This document shows positions 44,501-54,220 of a stretch of 64,000 nucleotides of DNA, in pieces (position 1 is the first letter of the stretch; the number at the start of each line of letters is the position of its first letter). The stretch comes from Gemmatimonadota bacterium. Lineage in GTDB: Bacteria; Gemmatimonadota; Gemmatimonadetes; Palauibacterales; Palauibacteraceae. Where the stretch lies: assembly GCA_965116475.1 (NCBI GenBank), contig OZ220691.1, positions 416,001 through 480,000 on the forward strand, read 5' to 3'. The position numbers and the translations under genes are program-made. The notes beneath the pieces are model-generated. The model made no database searches and was not told the origin of the DNA. It saw only the letters and a list, made by a program, of their open reading frames with translations.

Positions 44501-47500
44501 GCGTCGTCGCCCGCGCGGGCCTCGGACGCGGCGGAGAGCAGATCCTCGAGCATGGGCGGAGGATCCTCGACGGCCTCCTCGAACACATCCCAGTCCATCG
44601 ACATGACGACGGAGGTCGTCGCGTCCTGTCGCACGAGCCGGTCGAAGGCTCGCATGCCCTGCTGCGGCGTGAACCAGCGGCCCCCGAGGGCCGACCGCTG
44701 CCGGTCGATCCGGTCGCGCTGCTCCGCCGCCTCGCCGATGTCCGACCAGGCGCCCCAGGCGATGGCCTGCCCCGGGAGCCCCAGCGCGCGGCGGTGGCCG
44801 GCGAGCTGGTCGAGGAAGGCGTTGGCCGAGGCGTGGTTCGTCTGGCCCGGATTGCCCATGACGCCGACCCGGCTCGAGAAGAGCGTGAAGAAGTCCAGAT
44901 CGCGGTCCATCGTCGCGCGGTGCAGGTGCCAGGCGCCGAGGACCTTGGGCCACAGCACCCTCTCGAACCGCTCCCAGCTCTGGTTGGGGAGCGCGCCGTC
45001 CGACAGCACGCCCACGCTGTGGATCACGCCTCCGAGCGGCGGCAGATCGCGCTCGATGCGCGCCAGCATGCCATCGATGGCCCCCTGGTCCGTCATGTCG
45101 GCCAGTTCGACCCGGACCGTCGCGCCGCGCTGCCGGAGCGCCCGAATGGCTTCTTCGGCTTCGGGGTCCGGATCCCGGCGCCCGTTCAGCACGATCGCCC
45201 CGGCGCCCCGCGCGGCGAGCCACTCGGCCACCGCGATCCCGATCCCGCCCAGGCCGCCCGTCACCAGGTAGCTCCGGTCTCCGCGCAGCCCGCCCCGCAC
45301 GAGGGGAGGCGTCGTCACGACGATCTTCCCCAGGTGGCGGGCCGAGCGCATGAACGACAGCGCGGCGCCCGCTTCGGCCAGCGGCCATCGGCTGTGGATG
45401 ATGGGCTCGAGTTCTCCGGCCGCGAGACGGGCCATCAGGCCCCGCAGCACCCGCCCCACCCATGCCGGGTCCGTCTTCTTGAGCACGTCCAGTTCGAGGA
45501 TCCAGTAGCCCACGTCCGGACGCACGGCCGCCATCTCCGTTTCGGTGAGGATGTCGCGCCGCGCCATCTCGACGAAGCGTCCCCCCTGCCGGAGACAGGC
45601 GAGGCTCGCATCGATGAAGCCCTCGCTCGTGAGGCTGTTCAGGACCACGTCCACGCCCTCGCCGTCCGTCGCCTCGAGGATCTCATCTCCGAAGTCGGTC
45701 GTGCGGCTGTCGAACACGTGCTCGACGCCCAGCGAGCGCAGATACGCCTGTTTGGGGGCGCTGGCCGTTGCGAAGACCTCTGCGCCGGCCGCCTGCACGA
45801 GCTGGATCGCGGCCAGCCCGACGCCGCCCGCGCCGGCGTGCACGAGCACCCGCTCCCCGGCTTCCAGCCCGGACAGTTCGAAGGACAGCGCCGCCGACAC
45901 GAACGCGCTCGGCACCGTCGCGAGTCCGCTCACGGAGAAGTCCGGCGGCGCGGGGGCGACGAGTTCCTCGTGGGTGATCATCTGCGGCCCGAAGGCGCCG
46001 AATCCAAGCCCCACGATGTGATCGCCGACCGACACGGAAGAGACGTCGGAGCCCGTCTCGAGGATGCGGCCGCTCATCTCCCGTCCGAGCAGACCCTCCT
46101 CGATGAAGCCGAGCGACCGGAATACATCCCAGAAGTTCAGGCCGGAGGCCTCGACCGCGACGCGGACTTCCTGCGGCTCGAGCGGACGCGCCGGCAGGGG
46201 CTGCACGTGCGGCCGGTCGAACACGCCCCCCGGGTCCGGCGCCAGCACCCATTCCGTCTCTTCCGGGAACTCCAGGCGCTCCGCGCCGGAGCCCATCCTC
46301 ACGAGGCGCGCCACCCGACGGCTCCCCCGTCGGTAGGCGATGTGGTTCTCGGGATCCGGGTAGAGGAGTTCGTTCACGAGGTCCGGTTCCGGCGCCATCG
46401 AGCCGGGGTCGAGATCGAGCATCCGCGTCTGCAGGTGCGCCGCTTCCCGGGCCACGCCCTTGCCGAAGCCCCACACGGCGGCGCCGGCGAGTTCCCCACC
46501 CCGCTCGCGCTCGAGGATCTGGCCCCCCCGGGTGATGAACCACACGCCCTTCTCGGGGGTCAGATCCGAGTCGCCCACGCCCTGCACGAGCGCGAGCGCG
46601 CTCGCCACCGCGCCCTCGACGTCCTTCGCCATTTCATCGGTCGTGGCGCGCTCCCCGTGGCCATCCAGCGCCGCGAGATGCACGGCGCCGTGGAACGGAA
46701 CCTCCTCGGGCAGGCTCTCGATCAGCGACCGCCACGTCTCGCGGTTGCCGGTGTCCCGGGCGTCCCCGGCGTCCCCGGTGTTCGCGAGGACGACGGTCTG
46801 GTTCCGCGATCTCATCTCGGCGGCCAGCCTCTCCGCCACGCCGCCCTCGTCCGCCGCGACAACCCAGGCGCCCGCCGGCTCCGTCACCGTCGCCGGGCCC
46901 TGCGCCACGATCACGCCCTTGTCGAGTTTCATGTCGGGGTCCGACTCGTCGACGCCGAGGACTTCCACGGCCTCGAAGCCCGCGTCGCCGAGGGCCCGCC
47001 GCCATACGGGGGGACCGGCGAGCGCGTGGTGCGGACGGTAGTCGTCGGCGAAGCGCCACCAGCCGTCGAGCTGCCCGAACGTGAGGTCCATCCAGCCCAG
47101 GCCGGTGAGGTTCTCGAGCGCGACCAGTTGCCCGGACGGCGCCATGAGGTCCCGGCAGTGTCCGAGCGTTTCCTCCAGGTATCGCGTCGCGTGCAGCACG
47201 TTCGAGGCGATCATGAGGTCGTAGCCGTGGGCGTCGAAGCCCTGGGCGATGGGTTCCTTCTCGATGTCGAGCGGACGGTATTCGATGCACCCGCCGCCGT
47301 CGCCGAAGCGCGCCTCGGCCTCCGCGAAGAAGCCGGCGGAGATGTCGGTGTACACGTAGTCGAACCGCCCCTGCGGAAGCTCGGGCAGGACGGACGCGGT
47401 CGCCGACCCGGTTCCCGCGCCGACCTCGATCACCCGCAGCCGACGGCCATCGGGGAGCGAGGCCACCAGCGCCCGCACGGCCTCCGCCAGCATCTCGTTC

Positions 47501-50500
47501 GCCGCGCGCGCGACCGGGGCCTTCAGATACAGGTCGGCCGCCGTCGGCTCCCCGCTGCTGAACAGGAGCGTGAGGGGATCCGCCTCGCCGCGGAGCGCGT
47601 CGGCCAGCGCCTCGCCGGAGCGCCGGAAGAGGCCGACCTCCGTGAGCCCGTGGGCGTAGCGGCCGGCCATCCCGGTCGCGAACTCGTCGAGATCCCGAGG
47701 CAGCTGCTCCGGCAACGGGTCGTCCGGCCCTGCGAGGATGCGAAAGCCGTCGGCCGTCTCTTCCGCCACGCCGGACCAGGCGAGCATCTCGAACATGCGG
47801 CGGAAGAGGCGCCCGTGTTCCGGGAGCACGTCCAGCTCCTGCCGGAGTTGCTCCGGGTCTACCGTCTCCTCCGCCGTTCTCCGCCAGCCCAGTTCCTCGA
47901 GGGTCGCCAGGGCGCGGGCGTGCGACCAGCGCTCGAGATCGGCCAGCATGGCGTTTCGATCATCCGGATCGACGCCCGCGTCCTTCAGGTAGCCGCCGAA
48001 CGACTGCGCGCCCTCCGCGACGGCGGCGGGGCTCGGGAAGAAGTCCGCGGGAGCGACGCCCAACGGGAGTTCGCGCTCGCGCCATACGACCTCGTACAGC
48101 AGGTCCTTGATCCCCTCGACCGCCGAGAGGAGCGCCTGTCGCGTGGCCCGCTTCACCGTGTAGCCGCTCAGCCGGCCCAGCGGCGCGCCGTCAGGATCGT
48201 AGATGCGCAGTTCGCCGCTCAGCACCTCCGCGGGCTCGCCCCCTTCGGCTTCAGCTTCGCGCGATGCCTCGCTCAGGCGCACGTGGCACACCACCCGGTC
48301 GGGCAGCGGTCCGGCCAGCCACAGCCGCTCCCAGCCAAACGGGAGGTAGGTGGCGCCGCCCTCCGTTCCCGACACGTTGCGGGCCACGCCCACGGCCTGG
48401 AAGCAGCCGTCCAGAACGAGCGGATGCACGTCGAGGCCGTGGCCGGCCATCGCCTCCGGCAGCGACACCTCTGCCACCGCCTCTCCGGGACCGGACCAGG
48501 CTCTCCCCAGCGTGCGGAAGGACGGTCCGAGATCGACCCCCGTGTTCGCGCGGTGGCGGTAGTAGTCCGCCACCTCCACGGGTGAGAGATCGGCCTTCAG
48601 GCTCTCGATGTCGACGCGGTCGCTGTCTTCAGGGTCGGACACGCCGGCCGCCAGGCGGCCTTCCACGTGCACCGTCCACACGCCCTCGCGCCCACGGCTG
48701 TAGATCTGAACGGCGCGCGGCGCCGCCGGGTCCGGAGCATCGAGCACGACCTGCAGCGTCCGCCCCTCCGCACCCGTTTCGTCCCCACCCTCGTCCTCGT
48801 CCTCATCGAAGACGAGCGGGTTGTGCAACTGCATCTCCTCCACGACGACCGCTCCGCCCTCCTCGAGGAGAGAGGCCGCGATCGTCATGGCCCCGTACAG
48901 GGCGCCGGGCGCCACGACGCGGCCGAACACCCGGTGGTCGTCCATCCAGGAGGGATCCGCGGGGAACACGTCCGTCTCGAAGGCGATCTCTCCGCGGGCG
49001 GACTCGTGACGGGCGCCCAGCAGCGGGTGACCGGCGCTTCCACGACGGCGTTTCGGCGGCGCGAGCCAGTGGCGGACGCGCTGGAACGGATAGCTGGGAA
49101 GCGAGATGCGCCTCCGCGTCTCCCCGGCGAAGAGCCCGGCGAAGCGAATCGGAAGGCCCGCCTCGTACGCCGCGGCGACCGCCCCGACAAAACCGTCCAC
49201 GTCTTCGGAATCGGACGTATCGGGCGCACGTGGCGCATCGACTGGCGGCGCGGCGAGGCTCGACAGGACCGCCGGGGCCGGCGCCTGCGGCGATTCCGGC
49301 CAGGCGGAGGCCGCCATCGGGGCCAGCAGCGACCGGGGACCGACCTCCAGCACCAGGTCGACGCCGAGGTCCGCCAACGTCTCGACGCCCTGGGCAAAGG
49401 CCACCGGCTCACGCGCGTGTCGCCTCCAGTAGGCCCCGTCCAGCAACTGTCCGGCTTCCACGGCCCGGCCCGTGAGGTTGCTGACGACGGTGAGGGCCGG
49501 AGGTTCGATCGCGATCCCGTCGAGCGACGCCGCGAGTTCGTCCAGGATGGGATCGACGAGGGCGCTGTGGAACGCCCGCTTCGTGTTCAGACGCCGCACC
49601 CGGACACCGTCCGCCTCGAATCGCTTCGAGACGGCCTCGATGTCCGCGGCGGGCCCGCTGACCACCTGGTGACTCCCGTTGTAGCCCGAGATACTCAGCC
49701 CGGCGCCGGACGAGGCCGCGTTCACGGTCTCGACCGCCGACGCCACCGGCTCCGGCGGCGCGAACACCGCCGCCATGCCGCCGTCCTCCATGCGCGACAT
49801 CAGCGCCCCGCGGGCGGCGGCGAAACGCATCCCGTCCTCGAGGGAGAGGACGCCCGCCGCCTGCGACGCGGCGAGTTCGCCGATACTGTGCCCGATCACG
49901 ACGTCGGGGCGGACACCGAGGCTCGCCCACAGCGCCGTCAGCGCGCATTCCAGCGCGTAGAGCGCCGGCTGCTCCCACGCCGTGTCCCCGAGGTCCCCGG
50001 TTCCTCCGGGCCGGCCGAACATGACGTCGAGCAGCGAGGCGCCTCTCTCCTCGATGAAGGCCGCCTCGCAGCGGTCCAGAACGGCCCGCGCCACCGGCTC
50101 GCTCTCGTGGAGCGCCTCTCCCATGCCGGCCCATTGGCTCCCCTGCCCCGTGTAAGCGAAAGCCACCCGGGCCGGAGCCGCGGCCGCCGTCGCCGCCGCC
50201 GTCCCCGCTTGCGCGTCCCCGCCCGCCTCGGCCAGCGCGAGAAGTCGCTCCCGCAGCGACGCCGCGTCCCCGAAGACGACGCCCGCGCGGTGGTCGAAAT
50301 GGGCCCGTCCCACTCCCGCCGTCCACGCCATGTCCGAGAGGAGCGGACCGGAGGCGAGGTCCCCGGACGGAGATCCCCCGGCATGCTCATCCAGCCACGA
50401 CACGTACCGCCCGGCGAGGTCGCGGAGCGCGCCGTCCGATTTGCCCGACAGCGGAAGCAGGCGCGTCGCGCGCGGCTCGACGCCCTCCGGAACCGGCACA

Positions 50501-51918
50501 TCCGCCACCGTCGCCGGCATCGAAGCCGCCACCGGCAGCCCGGCGCCCGCCGCCCAGGCCCCGTCGGCCGGGGCTGCGTCGGGGGCTGCATCCGGGGCGC
50601 GGTATTCCTCCATCACGAGATGGGCGTTCGTCCCGGAGATCCCGAACGAGTTGACCCCCGCGCGTCGCGGGCCCTCCGTACGGCGCGGCCACTCCACCAT
50701 CGACGAGGTCACCCGCAGCGGGAGACGATCCCAGTCGAGGCTCGGGTTGGGATCGTGGAAATGGAGGTGCTTCGGGATCACGCCCCGGTGCAGGACCAGC
50801 GCCGCCTTGATCACGCCCGCCACGCCCGCGGCCGATTCCAGGTGCCCGATGTTCGTCTTCACCGAGCCCATGAGAAGGGGATGGTCGGCGTCCCGTCCCT
50901 TCCCGTAGACCGCGACCACCGCGTTGGCCTCGATCGGGTCGCCCACCGTGGTGCCCGTCCCGTGGGCCTCCAGGTAGTCGACCTCCAGCGGAGAGACGCC
51001 CGCGTCCGCGAGCGCGGTCTGCATCACCTCTTCCAGCGCCGGCGTGTGCGGCACCGTGAGCCCCGTGCTGGCCCCGCCGTGGTTCACCGCCGAGCCGCGA
51101 ATCACGGCCCAGATCCGGTCGCCGTCCGCCGCCGCCTCGCTGAGCCGCTTGAGGACGACGACCCCGCAGCCCTCGCCCCGCACGTATCCGTTGGCCGACG
51201 CGTCGAAGGTCTTACACTGCCCGTCTGGCGACAGCATCATCGCGTCTGCGCGGAGTTCGTAGATGCGCCCGTTGAGGATCGCCTGCACGCCGCCCGCGAT
51301 CGCGAGGTCCGCCCTGCCCTGCTGCAGGTCCGCCACCGCGTCGTGCACCGAGACCATGGAGGACGCGCACGCGGCGTCGACCGCCTTCGCCGGCCCCCGA
51401 AGCCCGAGCACGAAGGAGACCCGGCCGCTCGTGCCGTTCAGATTCGTGCCGCTGAGCGCGTAGAGACAGCTGGCGGGTTCGGCGGGCTTGCTCGAATCGA
51501 CGACAAGCATCCGGTACTCGTCGTTGCTGATCCCCGTGTAGACGCCGGTGAGCGTCTCCCTCAGTCCATCGGGATCGATCCCCGCGTCCTCGAGCGCCTC
51601 CCAGGTCGTCTCGAGCATCATGCGCTGCTGCGGATCCAGCAGCTCCGCCTCGACCGGCGAGATCCGGAAGAAGGCGTCGTCGAACAGGTCGATGTCGTCC
51701 ACGAAGGCGCCGAAACGGCAGCCGTCGCTCGTGACGGCGTTGTCCCCGAAGATCTGGCCCCAGCGTCCTGCGCCGGAACCCGGGACCCCCTCCTGGACGG
51801 AGTTCCCGCCCTCCTCCAGCAAGCGCCAGAACGCCGGAATGCTCGACGCGCCGGGAAACCGGCACGCCATGCCGATGATGGCGACCGGCTCTGAGCGCCG
51901 CCCGTTTCGATCTGCCAT
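41557..51918 (-). CDS. supA: SupA-like type I PKS: KS-AT-DH-cMT-ER-KR-ACP-KS0-AT0 (3453 aa)
   Basis: KS1 DAACASS/HGTGT/NIGH; AT GHSIGE, AFHS; DH HRVFG..VAPG; MT EVGAGTG; ER HAGAGGVG; KR TGGLGGIG; ACP GMDSL; KS2 DMACASS/EANGVG; AT2 GHGVGE; architecture and neighbours match the sup clusters of sponge symbionts. Confidence 0.9.
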   Translation of the reverse strand: MADRNGRRSEPVAIIGMACRFPGASSIPAFWRLLEEGGNSVQEGVPGSGAGRWGQIFGDNAVTSDGCRFGAFVDDIDLFDDAFFRISPVEAELLDPQQRMMLETTWEALEDAGIDPDGLRETLTGVYTGISNDEYRMLVVDSSKPAEPASCLYALSGTNLNGTSGRVSFVLGLRGPAKAVDAACASSMVSVHDAVADLQQGRADLAIAGGVQAILNGRIYELRADAMMLSPDGQCKTFDASANGYVRGEGCGVVVLKRLSEAAADGDRIWAVIRGSAVNHGGASTGLTVPHTPALEEVMQTALADAGVSPLEVDYLEAHGTGTTVGDPIEANAVVAVYGKGRDADHPLLMGSVKTNIGHLESAAGVAGVIKAALVLHRGVIPKHLHFHDPNPSLDWDRLPLRVTSSMVEWPRRTEGPRRAGVNSFGISGTNAHLVMEEYRAPDAAPDAAPADGAWAAGAGLPVAASMPATVADVPVPEGVEPRATRLLPLSGKSDGALRDLAGRYVSWLDEHAGGSPSGDLASGPLLSDMAWTAGVGRAHFDHRAGVVFGDAASLRERLLALAEAGGDAQAGTAAATAAAAPARVAFAYTGQGSQWAGMGEALHESEPVARAVLDRCEAAFIEERGASLLDVMFGRPGGTGDLGDTAWEQPALYALECALTALWASLGVRPDVVIGHSIGELAASQAAGVLSLEDGMRFAAARGALMSRMEDGGMAAVFAPPEPVASAVETVNAASSGAGLSISGYNGSHQVVSGPAADIEAVSKRFEADGVRVRRLNTKRAFHSALVDPILDELAASLDGIAIEPPALTVVSNLTGRAVEAGQLLDGAYWRRHAREPVAFAQGVETLADLGVDLVLEVGPRSLLAPMAASAWPESPQAPAPAVLSSLAAPPVDAPRAPDTSDSEDVDGFVGAVAAAYEAGLPIRFAGLFAGETRRRISLPSYPFQRVRHWLAPPKRRRGSAGHPLLGARHESARGEIAFETDVFPADPSWMDDHRVFGRVVAPGALYGAMTIAASLLEEGGAVVVEEMQLHNPLVFDEDEDEGGDETGAEGRTLQVVLDAPDPAAPRAVQIYSRGREGVWTVHVEGRLAAGVSDPEDSDRVDIESLKADLSPVEVADYYRHRANTGVDLGPSFRTLGRAWSGPGEAVAEVSLPEAMAGHGLDVHPLVLDGCFQAVGVARNVSGTEGGATYLPFGWERLWLAGPLPDRVVCHVRLSEASREAEAEGGEPAEVLSGELRIYDPDGAPLGRLSGYTVKRATRQALLSAVEGIKDLLYEVVWRERELPLGVAPADFFPSPAAVAEGAQSFGGYLKDAGVDPDDRNAMLADLERWSHARALATLEELGWRRTAEETVDPEQLRQELDVLPEHGRLFRRMFEMLAWSGVAEETADGFRILAGPDDPLPEQLPRDLDEFATGMAGRYAHGLTEVGLFRRSGEALADALRGEADPLTLLFSSGEPTAADLYLKAPVARAANEMLAEAVRALVASLPDGRRLRVIEVGAGTGSATASVLPELPQGRFDYVYTDISAGFFAEAEARFGDGGGCIEYRPLDIEKEPIAQGFDAHGYDLMIASNVLHATRYLEETLGHCRDLMAPSGQLVALENLTGLGWMDLTFGQLDGWWRFADDYRPHHALAGPPVWRRALGDAGFEAVEVLGVDESDPDMKLDKGVIVAQGPATVTEPAGAWVVAADEGGVAERLAAEMRSRNQTVVLANTGDAGDARDTGNRETWRSLIESLPEEVPFHGAVHLAALDGHGERATTDEMAKDVEGAVASALALVQGVGDSDLTPEKGVWFITRGGQILERERGGELAGAAVWGFGKGVAREAAHLQTRMLDLDPGSMAPEPDLVNELLYPDPENHIAYRRGSRRVARLVRMGSGAERLEFPEETEWVLAPDPGGVFDRPHVQPLPARPLEPQEVRVAVEASGLNFWDVFRSLGFIEEGLLGREMSGRILETGSDVSSVSVGDHIVGLGFGAFGPQMITHEELVAPAPPDFSVSGLATVPSAFVSAALSFELSGLEAGERVLVHAGAGGVGLAAIQLVQAAGAEVFATASAPKQAYLRSLGVEHVFDSRTTDFGDEILEATDGEGVDVVLNSLTSEGFIDASLACLRQGGRFVEMARRDILTETEMAAVRPDVGYWILELDVLKKTDPAWVGRVLRGLMARLAAGELEPIIHSRWPLAEAGAALSFMRSARHLGKIVVTTPPLVRGGLRGDRSYLVTGGLGGIGIAVAEWLAARGAGAIVLNGRRDPDPEAEEAIRALRQRGATVRVELADMTDQGAIDGMLARIERDLPPLGGVIHSVGVLSDGALPNQSWERFERVLWPKVLGAWHLHRATMDRDLDFFTLFSSRVGVMGNPGQTNHASANAFLDQLAGHRRALGLPGQAIAWGAWSDIGEAAEQRDRIDRQRSALGGRWFTPQQGMRAFDRLVRQDATTSVVMSMDWDVFEEAVEDPPPMLEDLLSAASEARAGDDASSEDVLTRLRGTLAAEREDLLVSFVQGEVQAVLRLSSAPAPTVGFFDLGMDSLMAVELRNRLNRAFSGTYTAPNTLVFDYPNIAELATHLAEELGDGGEAPATEPVLEPAPEGRVQISERDPDVGVMDDGVAIVGMACRFPGAPDLAAFWRQLEAGTDAVTDGRRDAGPWNGVAGDPASEDDDARRGAFLEDIDKFDARFFGITPIEARMMDPRQRLLLETTWHALEDAGLDPAPLKGTNTGVYAGVTTGDYRDLAAAMGHGHGYLGTTMSVTAGRISFALGLTGPAVPLDMACASSLVAVHQAAAAVRQGEVELALVGGVNAILWPETATFMKEVGLLSASGRCHSFDAAADGFVRGEGCGMVVLKRLADAKADGDRIWGVIRGSAVNQNGTSAGLTVPNGPAQERVIEKALAQAGVPPASVDYLEANGVGSDLGDPIEVQAAAAVYGRERDEERPLLIGSVKTNIGHLECAAGIASLIKAVLALNEGRIPKQLHFRKPNPHLAWEDLPVRVTDEAVAWPPNGDRPPRAGVSSFGISGTNAHVVVEGNDGPDRASMLNGARMPAGPAVTVPVLVPESEGSPPVAASVAPRETRLLPLSAKSPGALRDLARLYLEWLEGHGSETVEEGGAEGGTDPSVLADVAWTAGVGRTHLAHRAGLPFQDATSLRDELGALAERAVDDEWRRDAGPGTAPKVAFVFAGEASVQDGPSQDLYDREPVVRAILDRCDAVLREERDGASLLAVLYGRAGGQGTLRDPEWAQPAAYALGCALAALWASVGIRPGAVAGHGVGELAAGWAAGVFSLADGLRLAAARGAAMARPKQRLAAAVPDGEAGESAHDPLDDLEAAAQGMEFSPPAVALVSLVTGHRMDPAGVPDGAYWREQARAQEDPDRTSAALAELGVDLVMDIGTASSAGPMALRDWPDSDGRAEEPFAAAVATAYEAGLPISFAGLFAGETRRRIALPGYPFQRRRHWIETRA

Positions 51919-51974
51919 TGGTTTATGGTCCCCTTGCCGGCCGGCTTCCCCGCACCGGACATTTGTTCGGCCGC

Positions 51975-52003
51975 GTGTCACCCGAAAGCAGTGTCACCCG
52001 AAA
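51975..52003. promoter_or_regulatory. Direct repeat GTGTCACCCGAAA x2 (16-bp period) in the divergent supA / creatininase intergenic region
   Basis: Exact 13-bp copies at 51975-51987 and 51991-52003. Confidence 0.6.
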
Positions 52004-52099
52004 TATGACGTGAAATACCACGCGGTTGTAGTCCGGCCAAACCGGCCCGGCTCCGCCCCGGCCGATTCCGGTCCGGCGCGAGGAAACAGGAGGAGAACC

Positions 52100-53011
52100 A
52101 TGTCGCATGTCCGTTCGACGTTGACCGCCCTGATCGCCGTGCTGGCGATCCCGCTCGCGGTCCCGGCCGGAGCCACGGCCCAGAACCGGGAGATGACGCC
52201 GGAGGAGCGCGCCCGTCTCATGGCGGAGTACGAGGCCCGGATCGACGCCGAACTCGTCTCGGAGCGCCCGATCGAGATGTTCGACTCCATCTGGATCGAG
52301 GAACTCACGTGGATGGAAGTCCGCGACATGATGGCCGATGGCTACAACGTCGCGATCATCTCCACGGGCGGGATCGAGCAGAACGGGCCCTACGTCGCCA
52401 CGGGCAAGCACAACTACGTGCTGCAGGGGACGTGCGAGGCGATCGCCCGGGAACTGGGCGGGGCGCTCTGCGCGCCGATCGTGAAGCTCGTTCCCGAGGG
52501 AGACATCGACGAACCCTCCGGACACATGCGCTACCCCGGCACGATCTCCCTCCGCCAGGAGACCTTCGAAGCAGTGCTGGATGACGTCGCCTCCAGCCTC
52601 CGCGCACACGGCTTCGAGCACATCGTCTTCATCGGCGACAGCGGCGGGAACGTGCAGGGGATGGCGAACGTCGCGGCGCGCCTCAACGAGCGCTGGGACG
52701 ACGCCCACGCCCATCACATTCCGGAGTACTACCGCTACGGAGGCGGGGACTTCCTCGAATCCGAGCTGGGGATCGTGGAGACGGAGAACGACGGCATCCA
52801 CGACAGCTTCGGCATCACGAGCCTGATGATGACCGTCGACCCCACCGTGGTCCGCTACGATCAGCGCGTGAAAGCGGGGCTCGCGAAGATCAACGGCGTC
52901 CCGATCGCCCCCAGGGAGAAGACGATCGAGATCGGCCTGAAGCTCCAGGCCTACCGCACCGCACTCACAGTCGAGAAGATCCGCGCGTCCATCGCCAACG
53001 CCGGCATGTAG
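52100..53011 (+). CDS. Secreted creatininase-family amidohydrolase
   Basis: AGGAGGAG SD; signal peptide; EELTWMEV, GGIEQNGP, GKHN, YPGTISL, GDSGGN, GIHD. Confidence 0.85.
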   Translation: MSHVRSTLTALIAVLAIPLAVPAGATAQNREMTPEERARLMAEYEARIDAELVSERPIEMFDSIWIEELTWMEVRDMMADGYNVAIISTGGIEQNGPYVATGKHNYVLQGTCEAIARELGGALCAPIVKLVPEGDIDEPSGHMRYPGTISLRQETFEAVLDDVASSLRAHGFEHIVFIGDSGGNVQGMANVAARLNERWDDAHAHHIPEYYRYGGGDFLESELGIVETENDGIHDSFGITSLMMTVDPTVVRYDQRVKAGLAKINGVPIAPREKTIEIGLKLQAYRTALTVEKIRASIANAGM

Positions 53012-53131
53012 CGCGCGCAGCCTCGCCGATCCGGCCCGCGCGGCGCACGGTCCGCGCGGGCGCGCTGAATCTCACCGCCCCCCGCGAGGCGTAACACTCC
53101 CTTTCGGCCGGCCCCCAGGAGAGAAGGACGA

Positions 53132-54220
53132 GTGGCGAGTCCCCAACCGAGTTCCCCCATCCCGGCGCGAAGCAAGCTCATCGTCGGCGCGCTCGCGTTC
53201 GGTGGCCTCACCGCGCTGGGGCTCGTGGCGCTCGTCCGGTGGCGCCCTCCTTCGGAACTCGACAGCATCCTCGCCCGCATCACGCCGGGGTTCGCCTTCG
53301 CCCTGCTGGCGCTGCTCGCGGTCGACTTCGCGCTGGGCGGCCTCCGATATCGGCTGCTCCTCGACGGCCGCGTCTTCTCGCGCGTTTCGCTGTGGCACTG
53401 CGTCCGGGCGAACTGGGCGAACATGCTGCTGGGGGCGATCACGCCGGCGCAGACGGGCGGCGGCGCCGCGCAGCTCTACGTGCTGTGCCGGCGCGGGGCG
53501 CGGCTGTCCGAAGCGATTCTCTGCTCGCTGCTGACGTTCGTCGCCACGCTGCTCTTCTTTGCGCTGGGCGGCCTCGCGGCGCTGGCGTTCCTGCCAGGCG
53601 GGACACTGTCCCGCGGCGTGCTGATTGCGCTCGTAATCGCGGTGGCGGTCATTGCGGCGCTGGCCGGGCTGCTGATCTCGGCCGTCGCGGCCCGGCGGCG
53701 AACCGTTCGGGTGCTGCGACGCCTCCTCAATGCGGGATCGAGACGGGGGACGCGGATCCGGCGCTGGGCGGCAGCCCTCCGGCGTCTTCTGAGCCGTGAG
53801 ATCGAACGGCTGGCCGCGGGCGTCCGGGCGGTCGCGTCGCGCGGCAAGGTGACGCTCGTCTGGGTTTGCGCCGCGACCGCCGTCCTCTACCTCAACAAGT
53901 ATTTCATGGGCTACGTCCTCGCGGCGTCGCTCCAGGGACCGGTCGACCTCTCCTTCATCGGACTCCAGCTTCTGCAGCACATCCTCCTCTACTTCTCGCC
54001 GACGCCGGGCGCCTCGGGCGTCGCGGAGGCATCGACGGGGCTGTTGATGAACCGGGTGCTGCTGGCCGAGATAACGGTGCTGTGGGTCGTGGGCTGGCGG
54101 CTGCTCACGACGTTCTTCGGGACGATCCTGGGGGCGTTCGTGCTGCTCGCCGAGGCGCGGCGACACGTCGGCGACGTCCGCGCCGGGGAGCGGGCCGGGG
54201 AAACGGAGGCGGCGGCGTGA
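53132..54220 (+). CDS. Lysylphosphatidylglycerol-synthase TM / flippase-like membrane protein
   Basis: ITPAQTGG, PTPGASGVAE, WRLLT motifs; multiple TMs. Confidence 0.82.
   Translation: MASPQPSSPIPARSKLIVGALAFGGLTALGLVALVRWRPPSELDSILARITPGFAFALLALLAVDFALGGLRYRLLLDGRVFSRVSLWHCVRANWANMLLGAITPAQTGGGAAQLYVLCRRGARLSEAILCSLLTFVATLLFFALGGLAALAFLPGGTLSRGVLIALVIAVAVIAALAGLLISAVAARRRTVRVLRRLLNAGSRRGTRIRRWAAALRRLLSREIERLAAGVRAVASRGKVTLVWVCAATAVLYLNKYFMGYVLAASLQGPVDLSFIGLQLLQHILLYFSPTPGASGVAEASTGLLMNRVLLAEITVLWVVGWRLLTTFFGTILGAFVLLAEARRHVGDVRAGERAGETEAAA

Noticed and set aside
41578..51894. Very long plus-strand ORFs (2335 aa and 1075 aa)
   Set aside because: Antisense shadows of the GC-rich PKS; no recognisable motifs.
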